A stretch of 64,000 bases of DNA from the NCBI GenBank assembly GCA_963794945.1, contig CAWCFT010000014.1:1-64000 (forward strand). Reading direction: 5' to 3'. Of the stretch, positions 40,902 through 51,158 are shown piece after piece. Numbering within the stretch: position 1 is the stretch's first letter; every line of letters begins with the position of its first letter. The stretch comes from Endomicrobiales bacterium (GTDB taxonomy: Bacteria; Elusimicrobiota; Endomicrobiia; Endomicrobiales; CAWCFT01). The notes beneath the pieces were generated by a model. That model was not told the DNA's origin, made no database searches, and worked only from the letters and a program-made list of their open reading frames with translations. The translations under genes and the position numbers were made by a program.

Positions 40902-42527
40902 ATGAAATTAAAATATTCAGCCTGCCTATTCGGCGCTGTGACAATCCTTGCGTTACTCGCGGGCTGCCACAAGGGCCGGATAAAAGATTATTCCATCGCA
41001 GGCGCGGGAACTCCTGTAAACGGCGATTTGTTCATTGCTTCCTCTATAGGCGACGCGTCCTACCTTAACCCCATCCTCGCAACCGACAGCTCATCAGGCG
41101 ACATAAACGGCCTGGTTTTTAACGGGCTTGTAAAATATGACAAGGACCTCAAGCTGACCGGAGACCTCGCGGAAAGCTGGAAAGTGCTGGACGGCGGAAC
41201 ACGAATCATATTTAAGCTCCGCAAGAACGTTCGCTGGCACGACGGTAAACCTTTCACTTCAGACGATGTAAAATTCACATACGAAAAACTCATCGACCCT
41301 TCCGTAAGAACCCCTTATGGCTCAGATTTTTTGCTCGTAAAAAACCTTGTAGCGCCTGACCCATACACCGTCGAAGTGACCTATAAACAACCGTTCGCTC
41401 CGGCGCTTGAATCCTGGGCTATGGGAATAATACCAAAACATATTTTTTCTTCCGGCGACTTCAACTCAAACCCTTTTAACCGAAAACCAATAGGAACCGG
41501 GCCGTACAAATTCAAGGAATGGGTGACAGACGAAAAGATTGTTCTTGACGCAAACCCGGATTATTTCGAAGGCAAACCATTTATTTCACGCTACATTTAC
41601 AGAGTGATACCTGATCAATCTGTGCAGTTCCTCGAGATGAGGAAGGAGAGCATTGACGAGATCGGCCTCACGCCCGACCAGTGGAGAGCGTACCCGGAAT
41701 TCTTCAAGAACTACAACAAGTTCCGCTACCCGTCTTTTTCTTATGTGTACCTGGGTTTTAATTTGAACATGCCTATGTTCGCTGATAAACGCTTTAGAAA
41801 AGCAGTCGCTCATGCTATCAATAAGAAGGATATTATTGACGGCGTACTGCTCGGCATGGGAAAAACCGCGACCGGCCCATACCCTCCTCAATCGTGGGCT
41901 TATGACCCTTCCGTTAAGGATACAGCTTACGACCCGGAAGAGTCGCGCAGGCTATTAACAGAGCTTGGCTACAGCCGTATCGGGCAAAGCGGATACCTCG
42001 AAAAAGAGGCGAAGCCCCTTGAATTTACTATAATTACCAACCAAGGCAATACAATGCGCAGTTTGACGGCGGAGATCATACAGGCCCAGCTTAAGGATGT
42101 CGGCATAAAAGTTAATATCAGGGTAATAGAATGGAGCGCGTTCGTTCACCAGTTCATAGATAAGCGTAACTTTGAAGCGGTTCTGCTGGGCTGGTCGCTT
42201 GGAAGGGACCCGGACCAATATTCCATATGGAACTCGGAGCAGACAAAAGAGGGGCGTTACAATTTCGTATCCTACAAAAATTCAGAAGTCGACAAACTGC
42301 TCGATGAAGGCAGGCGGACATTTGACCAGAAAAAGAGGGAAGTCATATACCATAAGTTCCACAGAATACTTGCCGATGACCTACCTTACATTTTTCTCTA
42401 CTACCCCGAATCGCTTCCCTGCGTGCACAAACGTTTCAAAGCCGTGGAAGCAACGGCGGCAGGGATAGGCTGGAATTTCAATAAATGGTGGGTTCCTAAA
42501 AGCGAGCAAAAATATGCGGTGGAATAA
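40902..42527 (+). CDS. Peptide ABC transporter substrate-binding lipoprotein (OppA/DppA)
   Basis: Lipobox LLAGC, LAESW, WHDGKPFTSDDVKFT, PIGTGPYKF. Confidence 0.93.
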   Translation: MKLKYSACLFGAVTILALLAGCHKGRIKDYSIAGAGTPVNGDLFIASSIGDASYLNPILATDSSSGDINGLVFNGLVKYDKDLKLTGDLAESWKVLDGGTRIIFKLRKNVRWHDGKPFTSDDVKFTYEKLIDPSVRTPYGSDFLLVKNLVAPDPYTVEVTYKQPFAPALESWAMGIIPKHIFSSGDFNSNPFNRKPIGTGPYKFKEWVTDEKIVLDANPDYFEGKPFISRYIYRVIPDQSVQFLEMRKESIDEIGLTPDQWRAYPEFFKNYNKFRYPSFSYVYLGFNLNMPMFADKRFRKAVAHAINKKDIIDGVLLGMGKTATGPYPPQSWAYDPSVKDTAYDPEESRRLLTELGYSRIGQSGYLEKEAKPLEFTIITNQGNTMRSLTAEIIQAQLKDVGIKVNIRVIEWSAFVHQFIDKRNFEAVLLGWSLGRDPDQYSIWNSEQTKEGRYNFVSYKNSEVDKLLDEGRRTFDQKKREVIYHKFHRILADDLPYIFLYYPESLPCVHKRFKAVEATAAGIGWNFNKWWVPKSEQKYAVE

Positions 42528-44180
42528 TATAGCGAACATTATTAGCAAACAATATTTAGTATTTTTATACGTTTTGCTCTGTTTCATGATGATAGCGCGG
42601 CCTGTAACCGCGGTTACAGCTGTAGGATATACCCTGCATTTTGATTTTATAAACAACTGGGAACAGGCTAAGCAGATCGTAACGGTCGCCCATGACAACG
42701 GGTCTGAAATACTTAATGTTGCGTCCGCCGGCCCATATATGGGAATCGCCGGCGAGCCTGGAAATACTGCGGGATATTTTCAGCCTGACCAGGACGCTGC
42801 ATATGCAAGTTGTGTTAAGCAGGATAGACGCCTGCCCGGTCAGCGCCGATGACCCCGAACGGACAAATTACCTTTACGACCAGATATTGATTAACCCCGG
42901 CATTTTGCCTACCGGTGAACAGAACGCCTGAGTATTTCAGGGAAACTGTGGGCCTGCGCAGATACGAAAAATGGCTACGGGAAGAAACCGAGTATTACAG
43001 CCGGAATTTCTCGGGCGAAGATAATTTGGCAGGTTTTAGCGTCGGCCTGTTCAATGAGCCTTTTGTGTCACAGCGTGGAAGCCTGCTTTGCTATGATTTT
43101 ATCACAACCTCCTATGAGCTTGCTCAGTACACGCCGCCGTGTTTAAAATACTGGCAGGCCTGGCTCAAGAACAAGTATTCGAACTTGAAAGGCATCAATA
43201 AGCGCTATAATACGTCCTTTAAATCTTTATCTGCTATACCGATGCCCAGAAATGAGCACGACCAGAGGTTCGGCAAAACGCGAACAGCCTACTGTGATCT
43301 CATTTCTTCTGTCAATGATTGGGTGGTCGCCCAGTATAATGGGTGCCACGCTGTATGGCACAAGCACGCTAAAAGGCCGGTCCCGTTCATATTACAGTTC
43401 AGCGGTTATGTACCTGAAAAATTCTCTAAAGGCAGGCCCTGTTTCGCAATGCTCGATATTTATTCATGGATGCAAACGGCGGATGCCCTGGGGTTTTCTA
43501 TTTATACTAACCAAAAATATTATGATTGGGGCCACGCCTCAGACACCGCAATGGCCCATAACCTGTATCTCGCGGTCATGCAAAATAAGCATGTTTTTGT
43601 TATGGAAGGTGGCAGCGAAGACGACGGCGCGGTACTGATACCTGCGGAACTCAATTTTATCGCTGATACAAGCAGGCTGTTAAAACCTGACTGCTGTATC
43701 TACGAATTTTTCAAAGCCCCTTTTTATGCTCATTTCCGCCATAATGAAGGTTATGTAATCAACAGTTCAGGCGTAGTCGACAAGAGTGCCCTTGAATCTG
43801 TAAAAGCAGCCCTAACACGCTCGCAACATGCAGAGCTGCTGGCTAACGAAGTTTACGTATATGACGCCCCAGCTTCGCTATCTTTAGACAATGACGACCT
43901 TAATATTCAAAAATACCTGCAAGTTACCGCTTTGGATAAAACACTTTTGTTCGTACCGGAGGCTTCGCTCGCACTTCTTCCGCGAGGCGCTTCACTGCTG
44001 ATAATTCAACAAAATTGTGATGAAGATGTGCTGAAACTGTTGACGGCCAAAGGAATAAATGTTGTGCCTGCAAGAGAGTGGATAAAAATGATCAGTACCA
44101 AGCCCGGCACACCCGCGAACGTTCTGACCGGCAGCACGGCCCTTGGATTAAGGAAATCCGACAACGGACTTCATCAATAA
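42514..44180 (+). CDS. Putative clan-A glycoside hydrolase (GH42/beta-galactosidase-like), split by two indels; start uncertain
   Basis: Fragments 42514..42852, 42692..42931 and 42915..44180 tile one protein. NEP acid/base motif, WLKNKY..L..IN..YNTSF, FVME. Confidence 0.6.
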
Positions 44181-44252
44181 CTTATTTTATTTCCTTTGTT
44201 AAATAACTATTAACTAAAGACTGAGAGAGTCTTCAGTCTAAATTTAAACTTT

Positions 44253-45225
44253 ATGAAAACCTACATTTTAAAGCGTATTTCTTATTCGATCCCTATCCTC
44301 ATAGGCATAACGCTTATAACGTTTCTCATTATGCACCTCGCCCCGGGAAACCCAACGGCCATGCTCACCGACATGAACGCTAAAATATCCGCCGACGCCA
44401 AGGCAAAGCTTACTCAGCTCTACGGCTTGGACAAACCCTGGTATATCCAGTACGCGCACTGGCTCAAACGTTTCGTTGTGCTCGATTTCGGCAAATCTTT
44501 CAGGGACGGCAGGCCGGCTATCACCAAGATAGGCGAACGGCTTCCCGCGTCGCTTCTTTTGAATATTCTTTCGCTGCTCTTCATACTGGCGGTTTGCCTT
44601 GCCGATCGGGATATTTTCCGCGTTAAAGAAAGATTCCATATTCGATAAAGCTACTACGGTTTTTGTTTTTATAGGATTTTCAATGCCCGCTTTCTGGATG
44701 GCGCTTTTGCTTATGATACTTTTCGGTTTAAAACTTGGCGTGCTGCCTATATCCGGCCTGCACTCGCTTAACTACGATGACATGAGTCTCGCGGGCAAGC
44801 TGACCGACGTCGCTAGCCACCTGATATTGCCGGTTTTCATCTCAGCGTTCACCGGCCTCGCGGGCCTTTCAAGATACGTGCGTTCCAGCATGCTTGAAGT
44901 AATACGTCAGGACTACATACGCACCGCCTACGCCAAAGGCCTGCCGGAGCACAGGATAATTTTCAGGCACGCGCTTAAGAACGCGCTTCTTCCTGTGGTA
45001 ACGATACTCGGGCTCTCGCTGCCAGCACTAATCGGCGGGGGGTTCATTTTCGAAACAATATTCGCATACCCGGGAATGGGCAGGCTGGGCTACGAGGCGG
45101 TGATGTCACGGGATTATCCGGTGGTTATGGCAGTGGGCGTTATAGCTGCGTTCCTTACGCTTATCGGCAATCTTATAGCCGACATAACTTACGCCTGGGT
45201 AGACCCGAGAATCAGATACAAATGA
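44253..45225 (+). CDS. Peptide ABC transporter permease OppB/DppB (indel near 44595)
   Basis: GLDKP..IQY, DFGKSF, RSSMLEV...[23 protein letters not shown]. Confidence 0.92.
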
Positions 45226-45352
45226 ATTCAAGAATCAAAGATCAAATATCAATATTTATGTTAACTGCTTTTATATAAATAGTTCTATATTTTTGAATTT
45301 TGATTTGCATATTTGACATTTGGTATTTGATGTTTGATGTGGATGAATAGAT

Positions 45353-46168
45353 ATGATGAAGAAAATATTCGAGAACAAATTATCTTTTATCGGACTTGGC
45401 TTGATAGCTGTCCTTTTCTGCGTTGCCGTTTTTGCGCCCGTCATCGCGCCTTACAAGCCCGACGCCCAGCACCTTTCTATGCGGCTCGCCAACCCGGGCC
45501 GCGTGTTCCTGATCGGAACGGACGACTTGGGCCGCGACGCGTTCTCGAGAATGATTTATGGAGTAAGGATATCACTTACTGTTGGCTTTGTTGCGGTTGG
45601 CATATCGGTGCTCATAGGCACATGCCTCGGGCTCATGAGCGGGTATTTCGGGGGCTGGGTGGACACTTTTATAATGAGGCTCGTAGACATCATGCTGTGC
45701 TTTCCGACTTTTTTTCTTATTCTGCTGGTTATAGCGTTCCTCGAGCCGAGCATTTACAATGTTATGATAGTGATCGGCCTTACTTCCTGGCCAGGCCTCA
45801 CACGCCTCGTCCGCGCGGAGGTTCTCTCTATCAGGGAACGTGAATATATACTTGCGGCTGAACTGTTGGGGCTAAGCAACCTGCGGATATTCCTGGTTCA
45901 TCTCTTACCAAATGTAGTCGCTCCAATAATAGTTTCGGCAACGCTCGGTGTCGGTGACGCCATAATGACTGAGTCCGGCCTGTCATTCCTTGGGCTCGGA
46001 GTACAACCGCCAGCGGCTTCCTGGGGGCAGATGCTTTCATCAGGCAAGGAATACATTTATATCGCCTGGTGGCTTACACTCTTCCCGGGCCTTGCGATAC
46101 TGCTAACGGTGCTGTCGTTTAACCTGCTTGGCGAAGGCCTGAGAGACATACTTGACCCCAGGAAATAA
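45353..46168 (+). CDS. Peptide ABC transporter permease OppC/DppC
   Basis: GTDDLGRD, EYILAA...G, HLLPN, NLLGEGLRDILDP. Confidence 0.94.
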   Translation: MMKKIFENKLSFIGLGLIAVLFCVAVFAPVIAPYKPDAQHLSMRLANPGRVFLIGTDDLGRDAFSRMIYGVRISLTVGFVAVGISVLIGTCLGLMSGYFGGWVDTFIMRLVDIMLCFPTFFLILLVIAFLEPSIYNVMIVIGLTSWPGLTRLVRAEVLSIREREYILAAELLGLSNLRIFLVHLLPNVVAPIIVSATLGVGDAIMTESGLSFLGLGVQPPAASWGQMLSSGKEYIYIAWWLTLFPGLAILLTVLSFNLLGEGLRDILDPRK

Positions 46169-46340
46169 ATGCAATTTCGAAATTCGAAGCACGAAAACCG
46201 AAACAATAGGCAATAACCAAAAAGTAAAGAAATAAAAATAGATATATTATTGCTCATAAGAAATATTTTGATATTTGACTATTGGTCATTGTAATTTGTT
46301 TCGGATTTCGAAATTCGAATTTATAATTTGCTTAAATATT

Positions 46341-47303
46341 ATGAATATATTAGAAATAGAAAACCTATCGGTTGAATATTACAGGAACAAAGAGACAGTA
46401 CGCGCTTTGCGCGGTGTTTCGCTTTCCGTCAACGAAGGCGAAACACTTTCAATTGTAGGCGAATCCGGCTGCGGCAAGAGCACACTGGCGATGAGCGTGC
46501 TTGGGCTGATATTCCCGGCGCAGGGTAAAATAACTGCGGGAGAGATTTATTTTAAAGGGAAAAATATTCTAGACAACGACAAACAAAGCTGGCAGCAGTT
46601 GCGAGGAAAAGAAGTTTCTATAGTTTTCCAAGACCCGTTCTCGTCCCTTAATCCGGTACTCACTATCCGCGAACAGCTGGCGGAGGCTGTTTGGGCCCAC
46701 AACCCTGGTGTTACAAAAAGTGATCTCGCAGGCCGTGTCGCTAACGCGCTTGACGAGGTAGTATTCACTGACCCTGAAAGAATACTATCCTCGTACCCTC
46801 ACCAGCTTTCCGGAGGTCAAAGGCAGAGGGTAATGCTTGCTATAGCAATAATAAACCGGCCGGCCGTACTTATTGCCGATGAGCCGACAACAGCACTCGA
46901 TGTCACTATCCAGAAGGAAATAATGGACCTTATAGCCAAACTCCAAAAAGAGCTTTCCCTGACCGTGATACTTATAACACATAATCTTCTGCTAGCTAAA
47001 CAACGTTCAGACCGGATAGCCGTGATGTACGCAGGAGAGATAGTTGAGCTCAACTCCAAAGAGGAGATATTCACGAATCCGCTTCACCCTTACACTAAAG
47101 CTCTTATGAACTCGGTTCCCAAACTGCTTTCTAAAACCCCGCCCCACGCGCTCGCTGGCCAGCCGCCCGAGCTTACCGGTACCGTGCCCGGCTCAAGCTT
47201 TGCGCCGAGATGCGCTGACGTTACAGAAAAGTGCCGTGCGTCAAGCCCGCGGGAATATGTATTGGGCAACGCGAAGGTCAGGTGTAATCTTTATGATAAG
47301 TAG
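46341..47303 (+). CDS. Peptide ABC transporter ATPase OppD/DppD
   Basis: GESGCGKS, LSGGQRQR, ADEPTTALD, HPYT. Confidence 0.94.
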   Translation: MNILEIENLSVEYYRNKETVRALRGVSLSVNEGETLSIVGESGCGKSTLAMSVLGLIFPAQGKITAGEIYFKGKNILDNDKQSWQQLRGKEVSIVFQDPFSSLNPVLTIREQLAEAVWAHNPGVTKSDLAGRVANALDEVVFTDPERILSSYPHQLSGGQRQRVMLAIAIINRPAVLIADEPTTALDVTIQKEIMDLIAKLQKELSLTVILITHNLLLAKQRSDRIAVMYAGEIVELNSKEEIFTNPLHPYTKALMNSVPKLLSKTPPHALAGQPPELTGTVPGSSFAPRCADVTEKCRASSPREYVLGNAKVRCNLYDK

Positions 47304-47333
47304 ATACAATGTTTCAAGTTTGAGGTTTAATTC

Positions 47334-48083
47334 ATGAGCCTGCTGGAAGTACGGAACGTCAGTAAATCTTTCGACCTCCAAAAAGATTTTTTTTCTAACA
47401 AGGCCTCGAAAGTTTTCGCGCTTGACGATGTTTCAGTAACGCTGGAAGAAGGCGGGTTCTCAGGCATACTTGGCGAATCAGGCAGCGGAAAGACCACGCT
47501 CGGAAAGATAATCTGCAGGCTTATCGCGCCCGACAGCGGACAAGTACTCATAGACGGAAAAGAAATTAGCAATTACTCCCGTTACGAACTTTCAACCAAA
47601 GTGCAGATGATATTTCAGGATCCGTTCGCTTCACTTAATCCTAAGCTTACCATACAGACAATACTCGGCGAAGCGGCTCCCGGTAGGCCGTTAAGAGAGA
47701 TAGAAGATACCCTCTCGCTGGTCGGGCTTTCGGGCGAGATACTGCCTCTTTACCCGCACCATTTTTCAGGGGGACAACGCCAGCGGATCGCTATAGCGCG
47801 GGCCCTTTTAAAAAAACCGAAGCTTATTATAGCCGATGAACCCATTTCATCACTTGATATCTCTATTCAGGCCCAGATACTTGACCTGTTCATAAAGCTT
47901 AAGAACTCCGCCGGAATTTCTTTCATTTTCATTAGCCACGACATTGTTACGGCGAGCAACATTGCCGATTATTTTTACATTATGAAAAACGGCAGGATCA
48001 TGGAAGAGGACGCAGCGCAAGAAATCCTAACAGCACCGTCAACAGATTACACAAAGAACCTGCTTGAAGCCGTACCAAGATGA
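47334..48083 (+). CDS. Peptide ABC transporter ATPase OppF/DppF
   Basis: GESGSGKT, FSGGQRQR, ADEPISSLD. Confidence 0.93.
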   Translation: MSLLEVRNVSKSFDLQKDFFSNKASKVFALDDVSVTLEEGGFSGILGESGSGKTTLGKIICRLIAPDSGQVLIDGKEISNYSRYELSTKVQMIFQDPFASLNPKLTIQTILGEAAPGRPLREIEDTLSLVGLSGEILPLYPHHFSGGQRQRIAIARALLKKPKLIIADEPISSLDISIQAQILDLFIKLKNSAGISFIFISHDIVTASNIADYFYIMKNGRIMEEDAAQEILTAPSTDYTKNLLEAVPR

Positions 48084-48134
48084 ACCGTCGAGCCTTGTAA
48101 TATCACTCCAATTTGCTATAATTCACTTTCACTT

Positions 48135-49628
48135 ATGACTAAGAACAAAACAATAACTTCCATTTCTGACTCCTGCCCGCAGGCCACCCTCAAGCTCATC
48201 AAGAAGATAGCCGGAAACGAAAAGGTTTATATAGTCGGAGGCTGGTTGCGGGACAAACTTCTCGGTCGTGCCAACCGTGACCTCGACGTGGTAACTGCCA
48301 AAAACCCGTTGACTCTCGCGAAAAAGTTCTCAAGAGCAGTAAATGGCACTTTTGTGACGCTTGACAAAAAGAATATGGTCTATAGGGTAGTGCTCAAAGG
48401 CGCCACTGAGATCGAGTACATTGATTTTTCTAAAATGAAAGCGCCGGATATTATATCGGACCTAATGAAACGGGATTTCACAGTAAACTCCATGGCCGCG
48501 GAAATATGGTTTGACGGAGAACTGGACACGAGGAATATTCTCGACCCATCGAACGGAACGCTAGACATAAATAAACGAATAATCAGGATCACATCCCAGA
48601 AAAGTTTCACTGATGACCCTTTAAGGATGCTGCGGGCATTCAGGATAGCCGCAGAACTTGGTTTCGGTATAGAACCCAAAACACTCAATAACATTACGAA
48701 ATCGTCAGGCTTGATACTATATAGCGCGGCCGAAAGAGTGAGGGATGAACTGGTTAAAATGTTCGCGGCCAGAGATTCGGCTTGCTGGGTAATATACCTT
48801 GAAAAATCAGGCCTCTTGGAGCGCCTAATACCCGAAATAACGCCGATGAAAAAATCGGCCAGAAAATTCTACTTCCATCCCAAAGGGCTCTGGCAGCACT
48901 CACAGGAGACACTGGAAAGCATCGAGAACCTGTTGCAAAACCTCTCAAAATATTTTCCCGAAACCCATACAGAGATAGAAAGGCACCTAGAGATGCCGCT
49001 GTCGTCCGGAATGGACCGAAAGACTTTACTAAAGTTCGTTGCACTCCTGCATGACTGTGCTAAGCCCCAGTGCGCGATAAAGTCGGGAAAGAAAACCCGG
49101 TTCCTAGGGCACGAGAAAAAAGGCGCGGCAATGATAGATAAGATACTACGCAGGCTGCGCGTTGGCTCTAGAGAGATATCAATTGCCAAGAGTATCACCG
49201 GCAGCCATATGAGGCCGGTCAGCCTCAGCCAGGCGGGAACGGTTACCCAGAAGGCCTCTTTCCGCCTGTTCCGGGACGTCGGCGAGAATACGCCGGACCT
49301 GCTGCTTCTCTCGCTTGCCGATTGGCACTCTTACAAACGCATAAAAACCAACAAACCAAAGGACCTCAAAAAACAGGAAGCCGTGCTCCGTGAACTTGTG
49401 TCCAGGTACTTCAAACATAAGGTTAAGCAAACCGTTCCCCGGCTTATAGACGGCAACGAACTTATGAAGCAACTCGATCTTGAACCCGGCCCGCTAATTG
49501 GCGGCCTGCTTAAAGAAGTTGCGGAGGCTCAAGCTCTGGGAAAAATATCCACTTCGAAAGAAGCAATAGCCCTTGCCTCTAAAAAGTTGACAGTACTTGC
49601 AAAAAAGTATAGAATTAAAACTAATTAA
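48135..49628 (+). CDS. CCA-adding/poly(A) polymerase-family nucleotidyltransferase with HD domain
   Basis: VGGWLRD, DLD, RDFTVNSMA, DDPLRMLRAFR, LLHD. Confidence 0.9.
   Translation: MTKNKTITSISDSCPQATLKLIKKIAGNEKVYIVGGWLRDKLLGRANRDLDVVTAKNPLTLAKKFSRAVNGTFVTLDKKNMVYRVVLKGATEIEYIDFSKMKAPDIISDLMKRDFTVNSMAAEIWFDGELDTRNILDPSNGTLDINKRIIRITSQKSFTDDPLRMLRAFRIAAELGFGIEPKTLNNITKSSGLILYSAAERVRDELVKMFAARDSACWVIYLEKSGLLERLIPEITPMKKSARKFYFHPKGLWQHSQETLESIENLLQNLSKYFPETHTEIERHLEMPLSSGMDRKTLLKFVALLHDCAKPQCAIKSGKKTRFLGHEKKGAAMIDKILRRLRVGSREISIAKSITGSHMRPVSLSQAGTVTQKASFRLFRDVGENTPDLLLLSLADWHSYKRIKTNKPKDLKKQEAVLRELVSRYFKHKVKQTVPRLIDGNELMKQLDLEPGPLIGGLLKEVAEAQALGKISTSKEAIALASKKLTVLAKKYRIKTN
49587..49615 (+). 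promoter_or_regulatory. Putative sigma70 promoter for tRNA-Gly
   Basis: TTGACA, 17 nt, TAGAAT. Confidence 0.7.
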
Positions 49629-49710
49629 ATATTTAGAAGATTTAAGATTTGAAGATTCACAACTCAATCTTTTTAATCTTCCAATTTTCAATCTTAAATC
49701 GATGTTTTAC

Positions 49711-49781
49711 GCGGGCGTAGTCTAGTGGCAAAACCCTTGCTTCCCAAGCAAGAGATGTGGGTTCGATTCCCATCGCCCGCT
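49711..49781 (+). tRNA. tRNA-Gly(CCC)
   Basis: Acceptor stem GCGGGCG/CGCCCGC, anticodon arm CTTGC-TTCCCAA-GCAAG, GGTTCGATTCC. Confidence 0.95.
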
Positions 49782-49796
49782 CTTTTACTACAAGAC

Positions 49797-49900
49797 CGTC
49801 GTCAGTATCCAGCAGTCAGTTGTCAGTACAATGTATAAAATCTTATTAAAATAAAGACGTTAACCTAGAACTGACTGCTGACAACCGACGACTGACGACG
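49797..49900. repeat. 104-bp palindromic element built of 7-nt periodic units
   Basis: Terminal IR CGTCGTCAGT/ACTGACGACG. Units cgtcagt-atccagc-agtcagt-tgtcagt and their mirror. Confidence 0.8.
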
Positions 49901-49919
49901 CAGTTAGTTTAAAATAACT

Positions 49920-51069
49920 ATGCGCCTATCTGATATTTTAAAGAAAACATCCCAGAAACCTCAGGAAGACAATAAGGCCCCTGAAGTTCCGCCTATCGCC
50001 GCAAGCGCAAGTATCCCTGCGCCTTCCATAGAAACTATTAAAACACCGGATCAGAACCGTAAAGCTATCATCTTCAGTTACAGCCGAAGATGCTTATACA
50101 AAAGCGATAGTAGAGGTCAAGAACATCCTCTCGTGCGTAGAAAAGGGTATAGCCTACACCTCACCGATCGAAAGCGTCCATTTGATCGTCGAGTTGATCA
50201 AAAACAACGATGACGATATACTCTTGCTTGCCGACAAGGCTACGCCTGACTTATTCCTTTGCGGCCACTGCGTTAACCTCTGCATCCTATCACTCTTTCT
50301 CGGTAAAAGCTTCAATTACACCAGCGAGCAACTTTTTAACCTCGGTCTTTGCGCATTTCTTAATGATATTTGGCTTTCAAGAACGCAAACAACTGTGAAA
50401 AAAGCCCAGGAAACCGAGGCCGCGCAGTTCAAATGGCAAAGCGTTCACGCATTCAATGTAATACACAATATGCCCGGCATTGCGGAAGACGTAAAAAAGC
50501 TGATCATCGAAGTAATGACTCAGTCACATAACAGGAATGTATTAACTGACCCTGAAACCGGTGACGTTTTAAGCGAAGTAGTGGTTCAGCCTCATAACCG
50601 CGGTTCTATTGAATCAATGATAGGTTCAGATATTAACGATTTTACGCGCATAATAACTGTGGCGGATGCGTACGAAAAGCTTACCCACCCGCGTCCCAAC
50701 AGGGAAAGGATGCTGCCTCACGATGCTTTGAAGACATTGATCGGTTCTGTTAATCAAGCGTTTGACAGTGAGATAATCAAGCTATTTCTAGAACGTATAT
50801 CGCTCTACCCGCCCGGCAGCTATGTGAAGCTCAACTCCGAAGAGATAGGCAAGGTGGTAGGCCTCAACAAGGGCCTTCCTACCCGACCAAAGGTTAGAAT
50901 ATTGCTCGATTCTTCAAAACAAAGGGCGCAGGACCGCAAGATCATCGACCTCGCCGCGAGCCCGATGATATTCATTAAGGAAGCTATCGATGAAACAAAG
51001 CTAAATCTTTCTGATAAAAAACTATCGCTTGAACTAAAGGCTGTGCGCTGGTGGGTTAAGGGGCTTTAA
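49920..51069 (+). CDS. Degenerate HD-GYP-domain protein (indel in the 5' part)
   Basis: HCVN, IITVADAYE...RP.R, FD, YPPGSYVKLNSEEIGKV...RPKV. The HD dyad is replaced (LNDIW). Confidence 0.78.
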
Positions 51070-51158
51070 CAACAATTTAAGATTTAATATTGGAAGATTT
51101 TAAAATTTACGATGCCAATCTTCTAATTTTTAATCTTACAATCTTCAAATTGAGTTCC

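Noticed and set aside
45334..45843. 169-aa alternative-frame ORF over oppC, and the many antisense ORFs in the track (e.g. 13456..14097, 22822..23478)
   Set aside because: They are shadows of well-supported + strand genes and have no recognisable motifs.
34308..49781. Integrated prophage or island at tRNA-Arg or tRNA-Gly
   Set aside because: No integrase, phage or transposase genes are visible, and the flanking genes are housekeeping.
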